64,000 bases of DNA from contig OY970303.1 of assembly GCA_963716255.1 (NCBI GenBank), forward strand, positions 8,320,001-8,384,000, in the 5' to 3' direction. The stretch comes from an uncultured Gemmatimonadales bacterium. Lineage in GTDB: Bacteria; Gemmatimonadota; Gemmatimonadetes; Longimicrobiales; Longimicrobiaceae. The notes beneath the pieces were generated by a model. That model ran no database searches. It was not told where the DNA came from and saw only the letters and a program-made list of their open reading frames with translations. Shown here piece after piece: positions 20,649 through 30,863 of the stretch; positions within the stretch are counted from its first letter, which is position 1; every line of letters starts with the position of its first letter. A program made the translations under genes and the position numbers.

Positions 20649-21974
20649 ATGAGCGAGGTGGTGGTGATCGGGGCCGGCGTCGCGGGCCTCGCCGCGGCTC
20701 GCGAGCTGGCGGCGCACGGCGTGGCGGCGACGGTGCTGGAGGCGCGGGGGCGGATCGGCGGGCGCGTGCACACCGTGCACGACCCGGCCTCGCCCCTCCC
20801 GGTGGAGCTGGGGGCGGAGTTCATCGACGTCCCCGGCGCGGCGTGGGAGGCGATGCGGGCCGCGGGCGGAGCGGCGTACCGCAGCACGGGGGGAATGTGG
20901 GAGGTCCGCGCGGGGAGCGCCGTGCCGCTCGACCTGGGGGGCTCGGTCGAGCGGGTGCTGGGCCGGCTCGACCCACCGCCGAAGCGCGACCGGCCCTTCC
21001 GCGAATGGCTCGCGGAGCAGCGGGGCATCTCCGCGCACGACCGGGAGCTGGCGCTGCGCTACGTGGAGGGCTTCCACGCCGCGGAGCCGGACCGGGTGGG
21101 GGTGCGCTGGCTGGCGGAGACCACGGGGGAGGAGGGCGGCGGCGGGGGCGAGGTGCGCTTTCACCCGCTGGGCGGCTTCGGCCGGGTGGCGGAGGGGCTG
21201 CGGGGCGGGCTGGGACCGGGCTGCGAGCTGCGGCTGAACACCGTCGCCGCGGAGGTCCGCTGGGACGCGGACGGCGCCGAGGTGCGCTGCCGCTCGCGCC
21301 GGGGCGCGGAGCTGGAGCCGGTACGGGCGCGCCGCGCGCTGGTCACGCTCCCGCTGGGGGTGCTCCAGGCGCCGGAGGGCACCGCGGGCGCGGTGCGCTT
21401 CGTCCCCGAGGTCCCGGGGAAGGCGGAGGCCGCCGCCGCGCTGGCGATGGGGAGCGTGGTCAAGGTGGTGCTCCGCTTCAGGCGCCCGTTCTGGGAGGAG
21501 GCGCTGCGCTTCGGCGGGGGGGAGGACGGGCCGGGGACGCGCGAGGTGAAGTTCCTCATGGGCGACGGCGCGTTCCCCACCTGGTGGACGCCCTCGCCCG
21601 TGCAGGCCCCGCTCCTGACCGCGTGGGCCGGCGGCGGCGCGGCGCTGCGCGTCCTGGCCGGGGGCGACCCGGCGGGGACGGCGCTCGCCTCGCTGGCGGG
21701 GATGCTGGGGGTGGAGCGCGCCCGGGTGGAGGCGGAGCTGGAGGAGTGCCATTTCCACGACTGGCAGGCCGACCCCTTCGCGCGCGGGGCGTACAGCTAC
21801 GGCCCCGCGGGCGCGCTGGAGGCGCGGGCGGAACTGGGGCGGCCGACTGGGGACACGCTGTTCTTCGCCGGCGAGGCGACCGCAGCGGACGGGTGGAACG
21901 GGACCGTGGATGGGGCCATCGAGTCCGGGCGGCGGGCGGCGCGCGAGATCCTGGAGCGGAACCGGAGCGCATAG
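20649..21974 (+). CDS. flavin monoamine oxidase family protein
   Basis: IGAGVAGLAAA, EARGRIGGR, ELGAEF, DPFARGAYS, FAGEAT, GAIESG. Confidence 0.9.
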   Translation: MSEVVVIGAGVAGLAAARELAAHGVAATVLEARGRIGGRVHTVHDPASPLPVELGAEFIDVPGAAWEAMRAAGGAAYRSTGGMWEVRAGSAVPLDLGGSVERVLGRLDPPPKRDRPFREWLAEQRGISAHDRELALRYVEGFHAAEPDRVGVRWLAETTGEEGGGGGEVRFHPLGGFGRVAEGLRGGLGPGCELRLNTVAAEVRWDADGAEVRCRSRRGAELEPVRARRALVTLPLGVLQAPEGTAGAVRFVPEVPGKAEAAAALAMGSVVKVVLRFRRPFWEEALRFGGGEDGPGTREVKFLMGDGAFPTWWTPSPVQAPLLTAWAGGGAALRVLAGGDPAGTALASLAGMLGVERARVEAELEECHFHDWQADPFARGAYSYGPAGALEARAELGRPTGDTLFFAGEATAADGWNGTVDGAIESGRRAAREILERNRSA

Positions 21975-22069
21975 CGAGCCCGGGAGCCGGCCCGGACGCG
22001 GCGAGCCCCCGGACAGGCCGTGGCCTGCCGGGGGCTCGCGTTCGTTCGCAGCGCGCGGCCCGGCCCTCG

Positions 22070-22693
22070 TCAGCGCCGGCCCGCCACGGCGGGGGCCGGC
22101 AGCGCCTGCACCGGCTTCTCCTCGGCGTCGTGCTCCTCCACCCGGACGCGGTAGGCGTCGGGGAAGAGCGCCACGTGGTAGTGGGGCGGCTTCTCCTCCC
22201 GCGTCACGTCCAGCAGCTGCTTGCGCTCCATGGCGAGCAGGTTGTTCTCCAGCCAGCGGCGGCACGCGGCCTTCCGGCTCACCCGCAGGTCCATGGCGAT
22301 CCCCGCCGGGTGCACGGAAAGCGGGTGGGCGTTGGGAGGCTGGCGGTTCTTGGGGCGCGTGAGGCTGGTGACCACCAGCTGCTCGCGGCACGCCCTGTGG
22401 TAGCTGGCCGCGAAGCCCTCCAGGAACCCCTTGACCTCGGGCCGCGCCACCCGTCCCGCCACCCCCTCCACCACGTCGTAGTCGGCGTTTCCGTTCAGCG
22501 GCACCAGCTCGCCCCGCGCGGCCAGGCGCCGCAGCTCCTCGGCCGTGCGCACGAAGGGCAGCCCGTACTGCCGGGCGACCTCGTTCTGCCGGGCCATGGA
22601 CTCGGGCGAGCCGTCCAGCGTGACGGGCACGTCGCCGGCCGGCGCCATTGCGAGCGACGACGCCACGAGCGCCGCCGCGAAGACCTTTTTCAA
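22070..22693 (-). CDS. exported DUF5715-like (M15/D-Ala-D-Ala peptidase-like fold) protein
   Basis: Signal peptide; VTSLTRP, SVHPAGIAMDL, PPHYHV motifs. Confidence 0.7.
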   Translation of the reverse strand: MKKVFAAALVASSLAMAPAGDVPVTLDGSPESMARQNEVARQYGLPFVRTAEELRRLAARGELVPLNGNADYDVVEGVAGRVARPEVKGFLEGFAASYHRACREQLVVTSLTRPKNRQPPNAHPLSVHPAGIAMDLRVSRKAACRRWLENNLLAMERKQLLDVTREEKPPHYHVALFPDAYRVRVEEHDAEEKPVQALPAPAVAGRR

Positions 22694-22901
22694 CTCTTCT
22701 CCCTCCGGGTACCCCTGGGTGCACGGGCTCTCTCCGCCTCATCTACCAGGGCGAGGCGGAGCAGGTTCCTCCTTCCTGCCGCCGACCCAGCAAGGACCGT
22801 GCAGTCGCCGAGCGACGGCATCGACAGCGTGCGCTCCGGCGGGCCCCGGTGTTTGGGGTCGACCGGGGGGAGGGGCCCCCGCGGACGCCAGCGCCAACCC
22901 C

Positions 22902-23032
22902 GCGTGAGGGATTTCGGCCCGAAGGGGCGAGACCCCGCGGGCAGTTTCGCGGGGGCTCGACTCCGTTACGCACGGTCGTTTCGTGCGTTACGGAGCCGAA
23001 GCCCGACCCCGGCGCCAGCCGGGGGCACGCCC
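22902..23032 (-). repeat. ~130-bp structured repeat, copy D
   Basis: Reverse-complement copy overlapping the 3' end of CDS 22966-24093. Confidence 0.95.
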
Positions 23033-24093
23033 GAACCCGCCGTCAAAGCAGTCAACACGCCCCCCGCCTCCTCCCCCGCGAGCGCCGCCTCCAGCCCCCA
23101 CTCGGCGTTGTACATCCGCTGCAGCTCCCGCACGCGGCGCACCACCTGCGCGTAGGCCACGTCCTCAGGAGTCGGGCGGTCGGAGCGCAGGCCGGGGCAG
23201 CGGGTCTCCACCGCCATGACCGAGCGCCAGCTGCACGTGTGGCCCAGCCCCATGGCGTGCATCAGCTCGTGCACGACGATGCCGGACGCGCCCGCGTCGG
23301 CGAGGATGCCGCTTCCCCTGAGCCGCACCTCGCCGAAGACGATGTCCTCTCCGTAGGCGCCGGTGGTGCCCAGCCCCGAGACCCGCAGCGACGGGTCGAT
23401 CAGGACGAAGATCAGGTCGCCGGGAACGCTGTCGCCCACGGAGGCCGAAGCGGAGTAGGGGGCGGGACGCACCAGGTCGGCGCCGAAGTCGCTCTCCAGC
23501 CCCTCCACGCTCCGCCAGAAGGACACGGAGTCGCGCGAGGTGATGGGGAGCGGCGAGAACTCGTGGTCGAAGACGACGCGCAGCGGAAAGAACGCTTCCG
23601 GCCAGGTGCGCACCCCGCCGCCGACGATGGTGCTCCGCTTCAGGAAGCCGGAGCAGCCGCGGCAGATGGGCTGGAAGGCGCGGCGCGGGCTGATCTCCAC
23701 CGTGGTTCCGGCGTAGCTCCCGCCGGGGATCGTCCAGGCGCGGGGGACCAGCACGAAGCCGTGCTCCCCCGGCACGTCGATCCGGGCAAGCCGCACGGCC
23801 GCGGGGTGGTAGCGACCGGCGGCCGGGTCCGCCTCGCGCGCGACCAGCTCCAGCGAGTCGTCGGCGAGGCCCGCCGGGAGCCGCAGGGCGTAGCTCCCCG
23901 CGGAGTCGGCCACGGTGGAGTCCGCCCAGGCGGCCCCGGTGACGACCACGCGCACGCCGGCGGCGCTCCCGCCGTCCGCGGCGAGCACCCTTCCCGTGAC
24001 CGCGCCGCCGCCGGACTGCGCGGGAGCGGGGGCGGCGAGGGCGATTCCGCAAAAGAGGGCAAGGCCGGCCGCCAGGCTCTGGAGACTGCGCAT
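22966..24093 (-). CDS. secreted zinc metalloprotease (metzincin motif) with N-terminal carboxypeptidase-regulatory-like domain
   Basis: Signal peptide; VTGRVL...ADSAGSY; HELMHAMGLGH followed by SVM Met-turn. Confidence 0.8.
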   Translation of the reverse strand: MRSLQSLAAGLALFCGIALAAPAPAQSGGGAVTGRVLAADGGSAAGVRVVVTGAAWADSTVADSAGSYALRLPAGLADDSLELVAREADPAAGRYHPAAVRLARIDVPGEHGFVLVPRAWTIPGGSYAGTTVEISPRRAFQPICRGCSGFLKRSTIVGGGVRTWPEAFFPLRVVFDHEFSPLPITSRDSVSFWRSVEGLESDFGADLVRPAPYSASASVGDSVPGDLIFVLIDPSLRVSGLGTTGAYGEDIVFGEVRLRGSGILADAGASGIVVHELMHAMGLGHTCSWRSVMAVETRCPGLRSDRPTPEDVAYAQVVRRVRELQRMYNAEWGLEAALAGEEAGGVLTALTAGSGVPPAGAGVGLRLRNARNDRA

Positions 24094-24276
24094 ATTCGTT
24101 TGAATCGCAATGGCTTGCGGGATATGCATACCGGGGCTGTACTCGTACACGCGTGTGCCGGTTTGGTTTGCGCCGGCGCCGTGGGAGGCGCGGCGGGGGC
24201 GGGTTGGCGGTGGGGCGGCCTTCGGCGTATCTTCAGGCGCTCACCCACCCGCGTCCGACCCCGTCCCCATTCGCCC

Positions 24277-25716
24277 ATGAAGACAGCATCGTTCGCCCGC
24301 GTCCTCGCCGTGGCCGCCGCCGTGGCCGCCGCCGCGCCCTGTGCGGCCGCGGCGCAGCAGACGCCCGCCGCGCCCGCCCGGCCGGCGCAGTCCGGCCCGC
24401 TCGCCGCTGCGTACCGTCAGCGCGCCGACAGCCTGATCGACCGGGCGCTGGCGGACAGCGCCGCCTTCCGCCGCCTCACCGTGCTGGTGGACCGCTTCGG
24501 CAACCGCTTCAGCGGCACCCAGAGCCTGGAGAGCGCCATCGACTGGGTGCTCGCCGAGATGCGGAAGGACGGGCTGGACAACGTGCGCGGCGAGCCGGTG
24601 ATGGTGCCGCGCTGGGTGCGCGGGCAGGAATCGGCGGAGATGGTGGCCCCGCGCCGCCAGAACCTTCCCATGCTGGGGCTGGGCGGGAGCATCGCCACGC
24701 CGCCGCAGGGGATCACCGCGGAGGTGCTGGTGGTGGGGAGCTTCGACGAGCTCACCCGACGCGCCGCCGAGGCGCGCGGGAAGATCGTGGTCTACGACGC
24801 GCCGTTCACCACCTACGGCGAGACGGTGCGCTACCGCACCAACGGCGCCATCGAGGCGGCCCGGGTGGGCGCCGTCGCCAGCCTGATCCGCTCGGTGACG
24901 CCCTTTTCCATGCGGACGCCGCACACCGGGAGCATGCGCTACGACACCGCCGTCGCCCGCATCCCGCACGCGGCGATCACGGTGGAGGACGCCATGATGC
25001 TGCACCGCCTGCAGGAGCAGGGCGTGCGCCCTCGCGTGACGCTGCGCATGAGCGCGCAGACGCTCCCCGACGTGCAGTCGCGCAACGTGGTGGCGGAGAT
25101 CCGCGGCCGCGAGCGCCCCGACGAGGTGGTGGTGCTGGGCGGCCACATCGACTCGTGGGACGTGGGCCAGGGCGCCATGGACGACGCCGGCGGGGTGGTG
25201 GCCGCGTGGGAGGCGGTGCGGCTGATGAAGGAGCTGGGGCTGCGCCCGCGCCGCACCGTGCGCGTGGTGGGGTGGACCAACGAGGAGAACGGCCTCCGCG
25301 GCGGCAACGGCTACCGCGACGCGCACCGCGCGCAGGTGCCCGGCCACGTGCTCGCCATGGAGTCGGACGGCGGCGTCTTCAAGCCGCTGGGCTTCGGCTT
25401 CGCGGGCACGGACTCGGCGTTCGCGACCGTGCGCCAGGTGGGGACACTGCTGGACCGCATCGGCGCGGGCAGCATCACGCGCGGCGGCGGCGGGGCGGAC
25501 ATCGGGCCCATCATGGCGCTGGGGGTGCCGGGGATGGGGCTGAACGTGGACGAGTCCCGGTACTTCTGGTACCACCACACCGAGGCGGACAACATCAGCA
25601 TGATCGACCCGCGCGAGCTCGCGGAGTGCGTGGCGACCATGGCCGTCATGGCGTACGTGATCGCGGACATGCCGGAGAGGCTTCCGTTCGGGGCGGGGCC
25701 GGCGCCTGCGAACTGA
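24277..25716 (+). CDS. M28 family peptidase (carboxypeptidase Q-like)
   Basis: Signal peptide; GGHIDSWDVGQGAMDDAGG, NEENGLRG, ESDGG, YHHTEAD. Confidence 0.92.
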   Translation: MKTASFARVLAVAAAVAAAAPCAAAAQQTPAAPARPAQSGPLAAAYRQRADSLIDRALADSAAFRRLTVLVDRFGNRFSGTQSLESAIDWVLAEMRKDGLDNVRGEPVMVPRWVRGQESAEMVAPRRQNLPMLGLGGSIATPPQGITAEVLVVGSFDELTRRAAEARGKIVVYDAPFTTYGETVRYRTNGAIEAARVGAVASLIRSVTPFSMRTPHTGSMRYDTAVARIPHAAITVEDAMMLHRLQEQGVRPRVTLRMSAQTLPDVQSRNVVAEIRGRERPDEVVVLGGHIDSWDVGQGAMDDAGGVVAAWEAVRLMKELGLRPRRTVRVVGWTNEENGLRGGNGYRDAHRAQVPGHVLAMESDGGVFKPLGFGFAGTDSAFATVRQVGTLLDRIGAGSITRGGGGADIGPIMALGVPGMGLNVDESRYFWYHHTEADNISMIDPRELAECVATMAVMAYVIADMPERLPFGAGPAPAN

Positions 25717-25738
25717 TACGGCTTTCGACGGCGGGGTT

Positions 25739-25867
25739 GGGCGTGCCCCCGGCTGGCGCCGGGGTCGGGCTTCGGCTCCGTAACGCACGAAACAACCGTG
25801 CGTAACGGAGTCGAGCCCGCGCAAACAGCCGCGCGGTCTCGCCCCTTCGGGCCGAAATCCCTCACGC
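25739..25867 (+). repeat. ~130-bp structured repeat, copy E
   Basis: Direct match to copy A. Confidence 0.95.
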
Positions 25868-25894
25868 GGGTTTCGCGCTGGCGTCCGCAAGAGG

Positions 25895-26015
25895 CCCCCA
25901 CCCGGCTCGCTTGGGCTCGCCACCCTCCCCCAATTCTGGGGGAGGGCTTTTTCGTGCCGTGCCGGCGTCGTTCTCCCCTTCTTCCCTTGTGGGAAGGGGG
26001 CAGGGGGGTGAGGGG
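25895..26015. repeat. two secondary palindromic modules (CCCTCCCC...GGGGAGGG family)
   Basis: 25895-25950 matches 3016-3071; 25970-26015 is a reverse-complement relative of 55968-56021. Confidence 0.8.
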
Positions 26016-26226
26016 TAGCCCCACGCGCCACTCATCCTCCTCCCCCTGCGTCCGGACGTCCGTTCCTGTCGTGAACGACCTGCTGGCGCGCCGTCTGTTC
26101 CCCCGTAGAATTCGACGCTCCGCCCCGGGGACGCCCTCCGCGTCCGCGGAGGCTTCCCTCTCCTGACGGACTGCTGCGCGCTGCCCCGCCCGGGGCCGCC
26201 TTCCACCTCCTCCACGGAAAACCCAC

Positions 26227-27066
26227 ATGAGCATCATCGAGCGCTACACACCCGGCTCCTTCTCCTACGCCGAGCTGGTCACCACCGACGCTGCGGCGGC
26301 GCGGGCGTTCTACACCGGCCTCTTCGGGTGGGAGGTGGACGAGATCCCCATGGGGGAGAACGGGACCTACTCCATGTTCCGGCTCGGTGAGCACGTGGCG
26401 GCGGCCATGCACCAGATGGGGCCCGAGCAGGCGGCGGGGGTCCCGCCGCACTGGGGCTCGTACGTGACCGTCGCCGGCGTGGACGAGAGCGCCGCGCGCG
26501 CCGAGGAGCTGAGCGGAACGGTGCTCATGGCGCCCTTCGACGTGATGGACGCGGGACGGATGGCGGTGGTGCGGGACCCGGCTGGCGCGGTGTTCAGCCT
26601 GTGGGAGGCGCGCGCGCACGTGGGCTCGCAGGTGCGCGACGAGCCGGGCTCGGTCTGCTGGAACGAGCTGGCCACGCCCGACCCGATCCGCGCCGGCGGG
26701 TTCTACACCGCGCTGTTCGGCTGGACGACGCAGGTGAACGACATGGGCACCATGACGTACACCACCTTCCTGCGCGGCGAGGAAAGGGTGGCCGGGATGT
26801 ACGGAATCACGGAGGAAATGGAGGGCATGCCGCCCAGCTGGATGGTCTACTTCGCCGTGGAGGACTGCGACGCCAGCGCCGCCCGCGCCCAAGAGCTGGG
26901 CGCCCAGGTCCACGTGACGCCCGCCGACATCCCCGGCGTCGGCCGCTTCGCGATGATGGCCGACCCGCAGGGCGCGATGTTCTCCATCATCACGCTGCTG
27001 CCCATGTGGGACGCGGACACCGCGCCGGAAGCCGCCGCGGGCGAGGCGGAAGGCGCGCCGGCCTGA
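26227..27066 (+). CDS. VOC/glyoxalase family protein (two domains)
   Basis: PGSFSYAEL.T.D...FYTGLFGW repeated twice; GRMAVVRDPAGA / GRFAMMADPQGA. Confidence 0.9.
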   Translation: MSIIERYTPGSFSYAELVTTDAAAARAFYTGLFGWEVDEIPMGENGTYSMFRLGEHVAAAMHQMGPEQAAGVPPHWGSYVTVAGVDESAARAEELSGTVLMAPFDVMDAGRMAVVRDPAGAVFSLWEARAHVGSQVRDEPGSVCWNELATPDPIRAGGFYTALFGWTTQVNDMGTMTYTTFLRGEERVAGMYGITEEMEGMPPSWMVYFAVEDCDASAARAQELGAQVHVTPADIPGVGRFAMMADPQGAMFSIITLLPMWDADTAPEAAAGEAEGAPA

Positions 27067-27083
27067 GGCACGCGCCGCACCCC

Positions 27084-27211
27084 GCGTGAGGGATTTCGGC
27101 CCGAAGGGGCGAAACCCCGCGCAGTTTGCGGGGGCTCGACTCCGTTACGCACGGTTGTTTCGTGCGTTACGGAGCCGAAGCCCGACCCCGGCGCCAGCCG
27201 GGGGCACGCCC
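27084..27211 (-). repeat. ~130-bp structured repeat, copy F
   Basis: Reverse-complement copy. Confidence 0.95.
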
Positions 27212-27391
27212 GAACCCGCCGTGAAGCAGTCCGGCAGTTCAACACGAGCCGACCCCCGAACCCAGGGGCCGGCTCGTTTTCCTTGCCTGCTGAACATCCG
27301 CCCAGCATCATTGTCCCGTCACGCACGACGAGACTGAACGGCCTTCACGAAGTTCGCCCTGTCCCCCCGAGACCAGGAGCGCAACCGCCCG

Positions 27392-28195
27392 ATGTCCACC
27401 CTCCCCGTGCTGATCCACCCGCGCCGCTTCGGCGAGACCTCCCGCCGCGACGCCTGGTGGGTCCAGTCCGCGGTCGTGTTCACCATCCTCGGCTCCTTCG
27501 TCGTCTACGCCACCTGGGCCGCCTTCCAGAACCGGCACTACACCTTCGGGCCGTACCTGTCCCCCTTCTACTCGCCGGAGCTCTTCGGCAGCTCGCCGCA
27601 CGCCTGGCTGGGCCCCAAGCCCGGTTGGTGGCCCGGCTGGCTCCCCTTCTCGCCGGCGCTCGTCATCCTCCCCTTCCCCGGCCTCTTCCGCTTCACCTGC
27701 TACTACTACCGCGGCGCGTACTACAAGGCGTTCTGGGCCGATCCGCCCGCCTGCGCCGTGGGCGAGCCGCGCAAGAGCTACCTCGGGGAGCGCCGCTTCC
27801 CGCTGGTGCTGCAGAACGTCCACCGCTACTTCCTGTACGTCGCCCTGCTCTTCCTCCTGGTGCTGGCGTACGACGCGTACAAGGCGATGTGGTTCGCCGA
27901 CCCGGTCACGGGCCGGCGGGAGTTCGGGATCGGCGTGGGGACGCTGGTGCTCACGCTGAACGTGGTGCTGCTCACCGGCTACACCCTGGGGTGCCACTCG
28001 CTGCGCCACCTGGTGGGCGGGCGGCTGGACCAGCCCTCGCGGCACCCGGTGCAGCACGCCTGCTGGCAGGGATGCAGCCGCCTCAACGGCAGGCACATGC
28101 GCTGGGCGTGGGCCAGCCTGTTCGGCGTCGCCTTCGCCGACCTGTACGTGCGCATGTGCTCCATGGGGATCTGGACGGACTGGAGGCTCTTCTGA
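27392..28195 (+). CDS. succinate dehydrogenase membrane anchor, mycobacterial Sdh1 type
   Basis: Multiple TM helices; YLSPFYSP, FRFTCYYYRGAYY, QNVHRYF, GCHSLRH; first gene of the operon. Confidence 0.85.
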   Translation: MSTLPVLIHPRRFGETSRRDAWWVQSAVVFTILGSFVVYATWAAFQNRHYTFGPYLSPFYSPELFGSSPHAWLGPKPGWWPGWLPFSPALVILPFPGLFRFTCYYYRGAYYKAFWADPPACAVGEPRKSYLGERRFPLVLQNVHRYFLYVALLFLLVLAYDAYKAMWFADPVTGRREFGIGVGTLVLTLNVVLLTGYTLGCHSLRHLVGGRLDQPSRHPVQHACWQGCSRLNGRHMRWAWASLFGVAFADLYVRMCSMGIWTDWRLF

Positions 28196-30009
28196 TGGCG
28201 GACTTCCAGAGCCACGACCACGACGTGCTGGTGATCGGCGCGGGGGGCGCGGGACTGCGGGCGGCGATCGCCGCGGCGGCCGAAGGGGTGCGGGTGGGGC
28301 TGGTGTGCAAGTCGCTGCTGGGCAAGGCGCACACCGTGATGGCCGAGGGCGGCGCAGCGGCGGCCATGGGCAACGTGGACGACCGCGACAGCTGGCGGGT
28401 GCACTTCGCCGACACCATGCGCGGCGGACAGTACCTGAACAACTGGCGCATGGCCGAGCTGCACGCCCGCGAGGCCCCGGAGCGCATCCGCGAGCTGGAG
28501 GCGTGGGGGGCGCTCTTCGACCGCACCCCGGACGGGCGCATCCTGCAGCGCAACTTCGGCGGGCACCGCTACCCGCGCCTGGCGCACGTGGGCGACCGCA
28601 CGGGGCTGGAGATGATCCGCACCCTGCAGGACCACGGGATCCACCAGGGGATCGACGTGCACATGGAGTGCACCGTGCTCACCCTGCTCCAGGACGGCGG
28701 GCGGGTGTCCGGGGCGGTGGTCTACGACCGCGAGCGGGGGCGCTTCCGCGTGTTCCGCGCGCGGGCGGTGGTGCTGGCCACCGGGGGGATCGGGCGGGCG
28801 TACAAGATCACCAGCAACTCGTGGGAGTACACCGGCGACGGGCACGCCCTCGCCTACCAGGCCGGGGCGGCGCTCCAGGACATGGAGTTCGTGCAGTTCC
28901 ACCCCACCGGCATGGTATGGCCGCCGAGCGTGCGCGGGATCCTGGTGACGGAGGGGGTGCGCGGCGAGGGCGGGATCCTGGTGAACGCCGAGGGCCGCCG
29001 CTTCATGTTCGACGACATCCCCGACAACTACCGCGCCCAGACCGCCGACTCGCCGGACGAGGGGTGGCGCTACACCCAGGGCGACAAGGACGCCCGCCGC
29101 CCCCCGGAGCTGCTCACCCGCGACCACGTGGCCCGCTGCATCGTGCGCGAGGTGCGCGAGGGGCGCGGGAGCCCCCACGGCGGCGTGTACCTGGACATCT
29201 CCTGGATCAAGGAGCGCCTCCCCGGCGCCGAGGAGCACATCCGCAGGAAGCTCCCCAGCATGTACCACCAGTTCAAGCAGCTCGCCGACATCGACATCAC
29301 CCGCGAGGCGATGGAGGTGGGCCCCACCACCCACTACATGATGGGCGGGATCCGCGTGAACGGCGACTCGCAGATGTCCACCGTCCCCGGGCTCTTCGCC
29401 GCGGGGGAGTGCGCCGCCGGGCTGCACGGCGCCAACCGGCTGGGCGGCAACTCGCTGTCCGACCTGCTGGTGTTCGGCAAGCGCGCCGGGGAACACGCCG
29501 CCCGCTTCGCCCGCGACCACGGCGAGGCCGGCGTGGACCCCGCGGCGGTGGACGAGGCCACCCGCCTGGCGCTGGAGCCCTTCGAGCGCGGCGCGGGGGT
29601 GGAGGGGCCGTACCAGGTGCAGCACGACCTTCAGGAAACCATGCAGGACCTGGTGGGGATCGTGCGGCGCGGCGAGGAGATGGAGCGGGCACTGGAGGGG
29701 ATCGCCGGGCTGTGGGAGCGCGCGGCGCGGGTGGGGGTGGGCGGGAACCGGGAGTACAACCCCGGCTGGCACACCGCGCTCGACCTCCCCAACCTGCTCA
29801 CGGTGTCCGAGGCGATCGCGCGCGCGGCACTGGAGCGCCGGGAGAGCCGCGGCGGGCACTTCCGCGACGACTACCCGGACAAGGACCCCGCATTCGGCAC
29901 CTTCAACGTCCTCGTCCGCAGGGGCCCCGGCGGGGAGATGCAGATCACGCGCGAGCCCATCGCCGCCATGCCGGCGGAGCTCAAGCAGGTCATCGAGGAG
30001 AACGCATGA
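28195..30009 (+). CDS. sdhA: succinate dehydrogenase/fumarate reductase flavoprotein (Sdh1 type)
   Basis: GAGGAGLRAA, KAHTVMAEGG, QFHPTG, HYMMGG, HGANRLGGNSL, ESRGGH. Confidence 0.93.
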   Translation: MADFQSHDHDVLVIGAGGAGLRAAIAAAAEGVRVGLVCKSLLGKAHTVMAEGGAAAAMGNVDDRDSWRVHFADTMRGGQYLNNWRMAELHAREAPERIRELEAWGALFDRTPDGRILQRNFGGHRYPRLAHVGDRTGLEMIRTLQDHGIHQGIDVHMECTVLTLLQDGGRVSGAVVYDRERGRFRVFRARAVVLATGGIGRAYKITSNSWEYTGDGHALAYQAGAALQDMEFVQFHPTGMVWPPSVRGILVTEGVRGEGGILVNAEGRRFMFDDIPDNYRAQTADSPDEGWRYTQGDKDARRPPELLTRDHVARCIVREVREGRGSPHGGVYLDISWIKERLPGAEEHIRRKLPSMYHQFKQLADIDITREAMEVGPTTHYMMGGIRVNGDSQMSTVPGLFAAGECAAGLHGANRLGGNSLSDLLVFGKRAGEHAARFARDHGEAGVDPAAVDEATRLALEPFERGAGVEGPYQVQHDLQETMQDLVGIVRRGEEMERALEGIAGLWERAARVGVGGNREYNPGWHTALDLPNLLTVSEAIARAALERRESRGGHFRDDYPDKDPAFGTFNVLVRRGPGGEMQITREPIAAMPAELKQVIEENA

Positions 30010-30863
30010 GCGCCACCGAACAGGGCGCGGCGTCCGCCACCGCGGCCAGCCAGGAAACGGTGCGCGCCGGCCGGCTCGCGGCGGCGCGGGTCGCGGAGTC
30101 CGCGCCCGCCCCCGGGCAGCGGGCGACGTTCCGCCTCTGGCGCGGCGACGCCGCGGGGGGCGCGCTCCAGGACTACACCACCCCCGTATCCGAGGGGATG
30201 GTGGTGCTCGACGCCGTCCACCAGATCCAGGCCGAGCAGGCCAACGACCTGGCGGTGCGCTGGAACTGCAAGGCCGGCAAGTGCGGCTCCTGCTCGGCGG
30301 AGATCAACGGCATGCCGCGGCTGATGTGCATGACCCGCCTCAGCGACCTGGACCTGGCCAGGCCGGTGACGGTGGAGCCCATGCGGGCCTTCCCCCCGCT
30401 GCGCGACCTGGTGACGGACGTGTCGTGGAACTTCCGCACCAAGGAGCGCATCAAGCCGTTCAAGCCGCGGGCCCCCGACGCCCCGGACGGCACCTGGCGC
30501 ATGGACCAGCGCGACGTGGACCGGGTGCAGGAGTTCCGCAAGTGCATCGAGTGCTTCCTCTGCCAGGACGTCTGCCACGTGCTTCGCGACCACGGCAAGC
30601 ACGGCGAGTTCATCGGCCCGCGCTTCCTGGTGCAGGTGGCCGCGCTGGAGATGCACCCGCTGGACACCGAGAACCGCGTGGACGAGCTCAAGGAAGCGTA
30701 CGGCGTGGGCTACTGCAACATCACCAAGTGCTGCACCAAGGTGTGCCCGGAGAACATCACCATCACCGACAACGCCATCATCCCGCTCAAGGAGAGGGTG
30801 GTGGACCGGCACTACGACCCGCTCGCCAAGCTCGTTCAACTCGTGCGAAGGAGGAAGCCATGA
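30006..30863 (+). CDS. sdhB: succinate dehydrogenase/fumarate reductase iron-sulfur subunit (Sdh1 type)
   Basis: CKAGKCGSC, CIECFLCQDVC, CNITKCCTKVCP. Confidence 0.93.
   Translation: MSATEQGAASATAASQETVRAGRLAAARVAESAPAPGQRATFRLWRGDAAGGALQDYTTPVSEGMVVLDAVHQIQAEQANDLAVRWNCKAGKCGSCSAEINGMPRLMCMTRLSDLDLARPVTVEPMRAFPPLRDLVTDVSWNFRTKERIKPFKPRAPDAPDGTWRMDQRDVDRVQEFRKCIECFLCQDVCHVLRDHGKHGEFIGPRFLVQVAALEMHPLDTENRVDELKEAYGVGYCNITKCCTKVCPENITITDNAIIPLKERVVDRHYDPLAKLVQLVRRRKP

Noticed and set aside
22789..22804. sigma54-like sites upstream of the DUF5715-like and CHRD genes (CTGCACG-N4-TTGCT; GCGCACG-N4-TTGCA)
   Set aside because: They lack the invariant GG at -24.
22648..24276. Long N-terminal extensions or apparent fusions in the ORF track (M28 peptidase, sdhA, E1 beta, lipB, response regulator)
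   Set aside because: The extensions overlap other real genes; family motifs and start signals begin at downstream codons.
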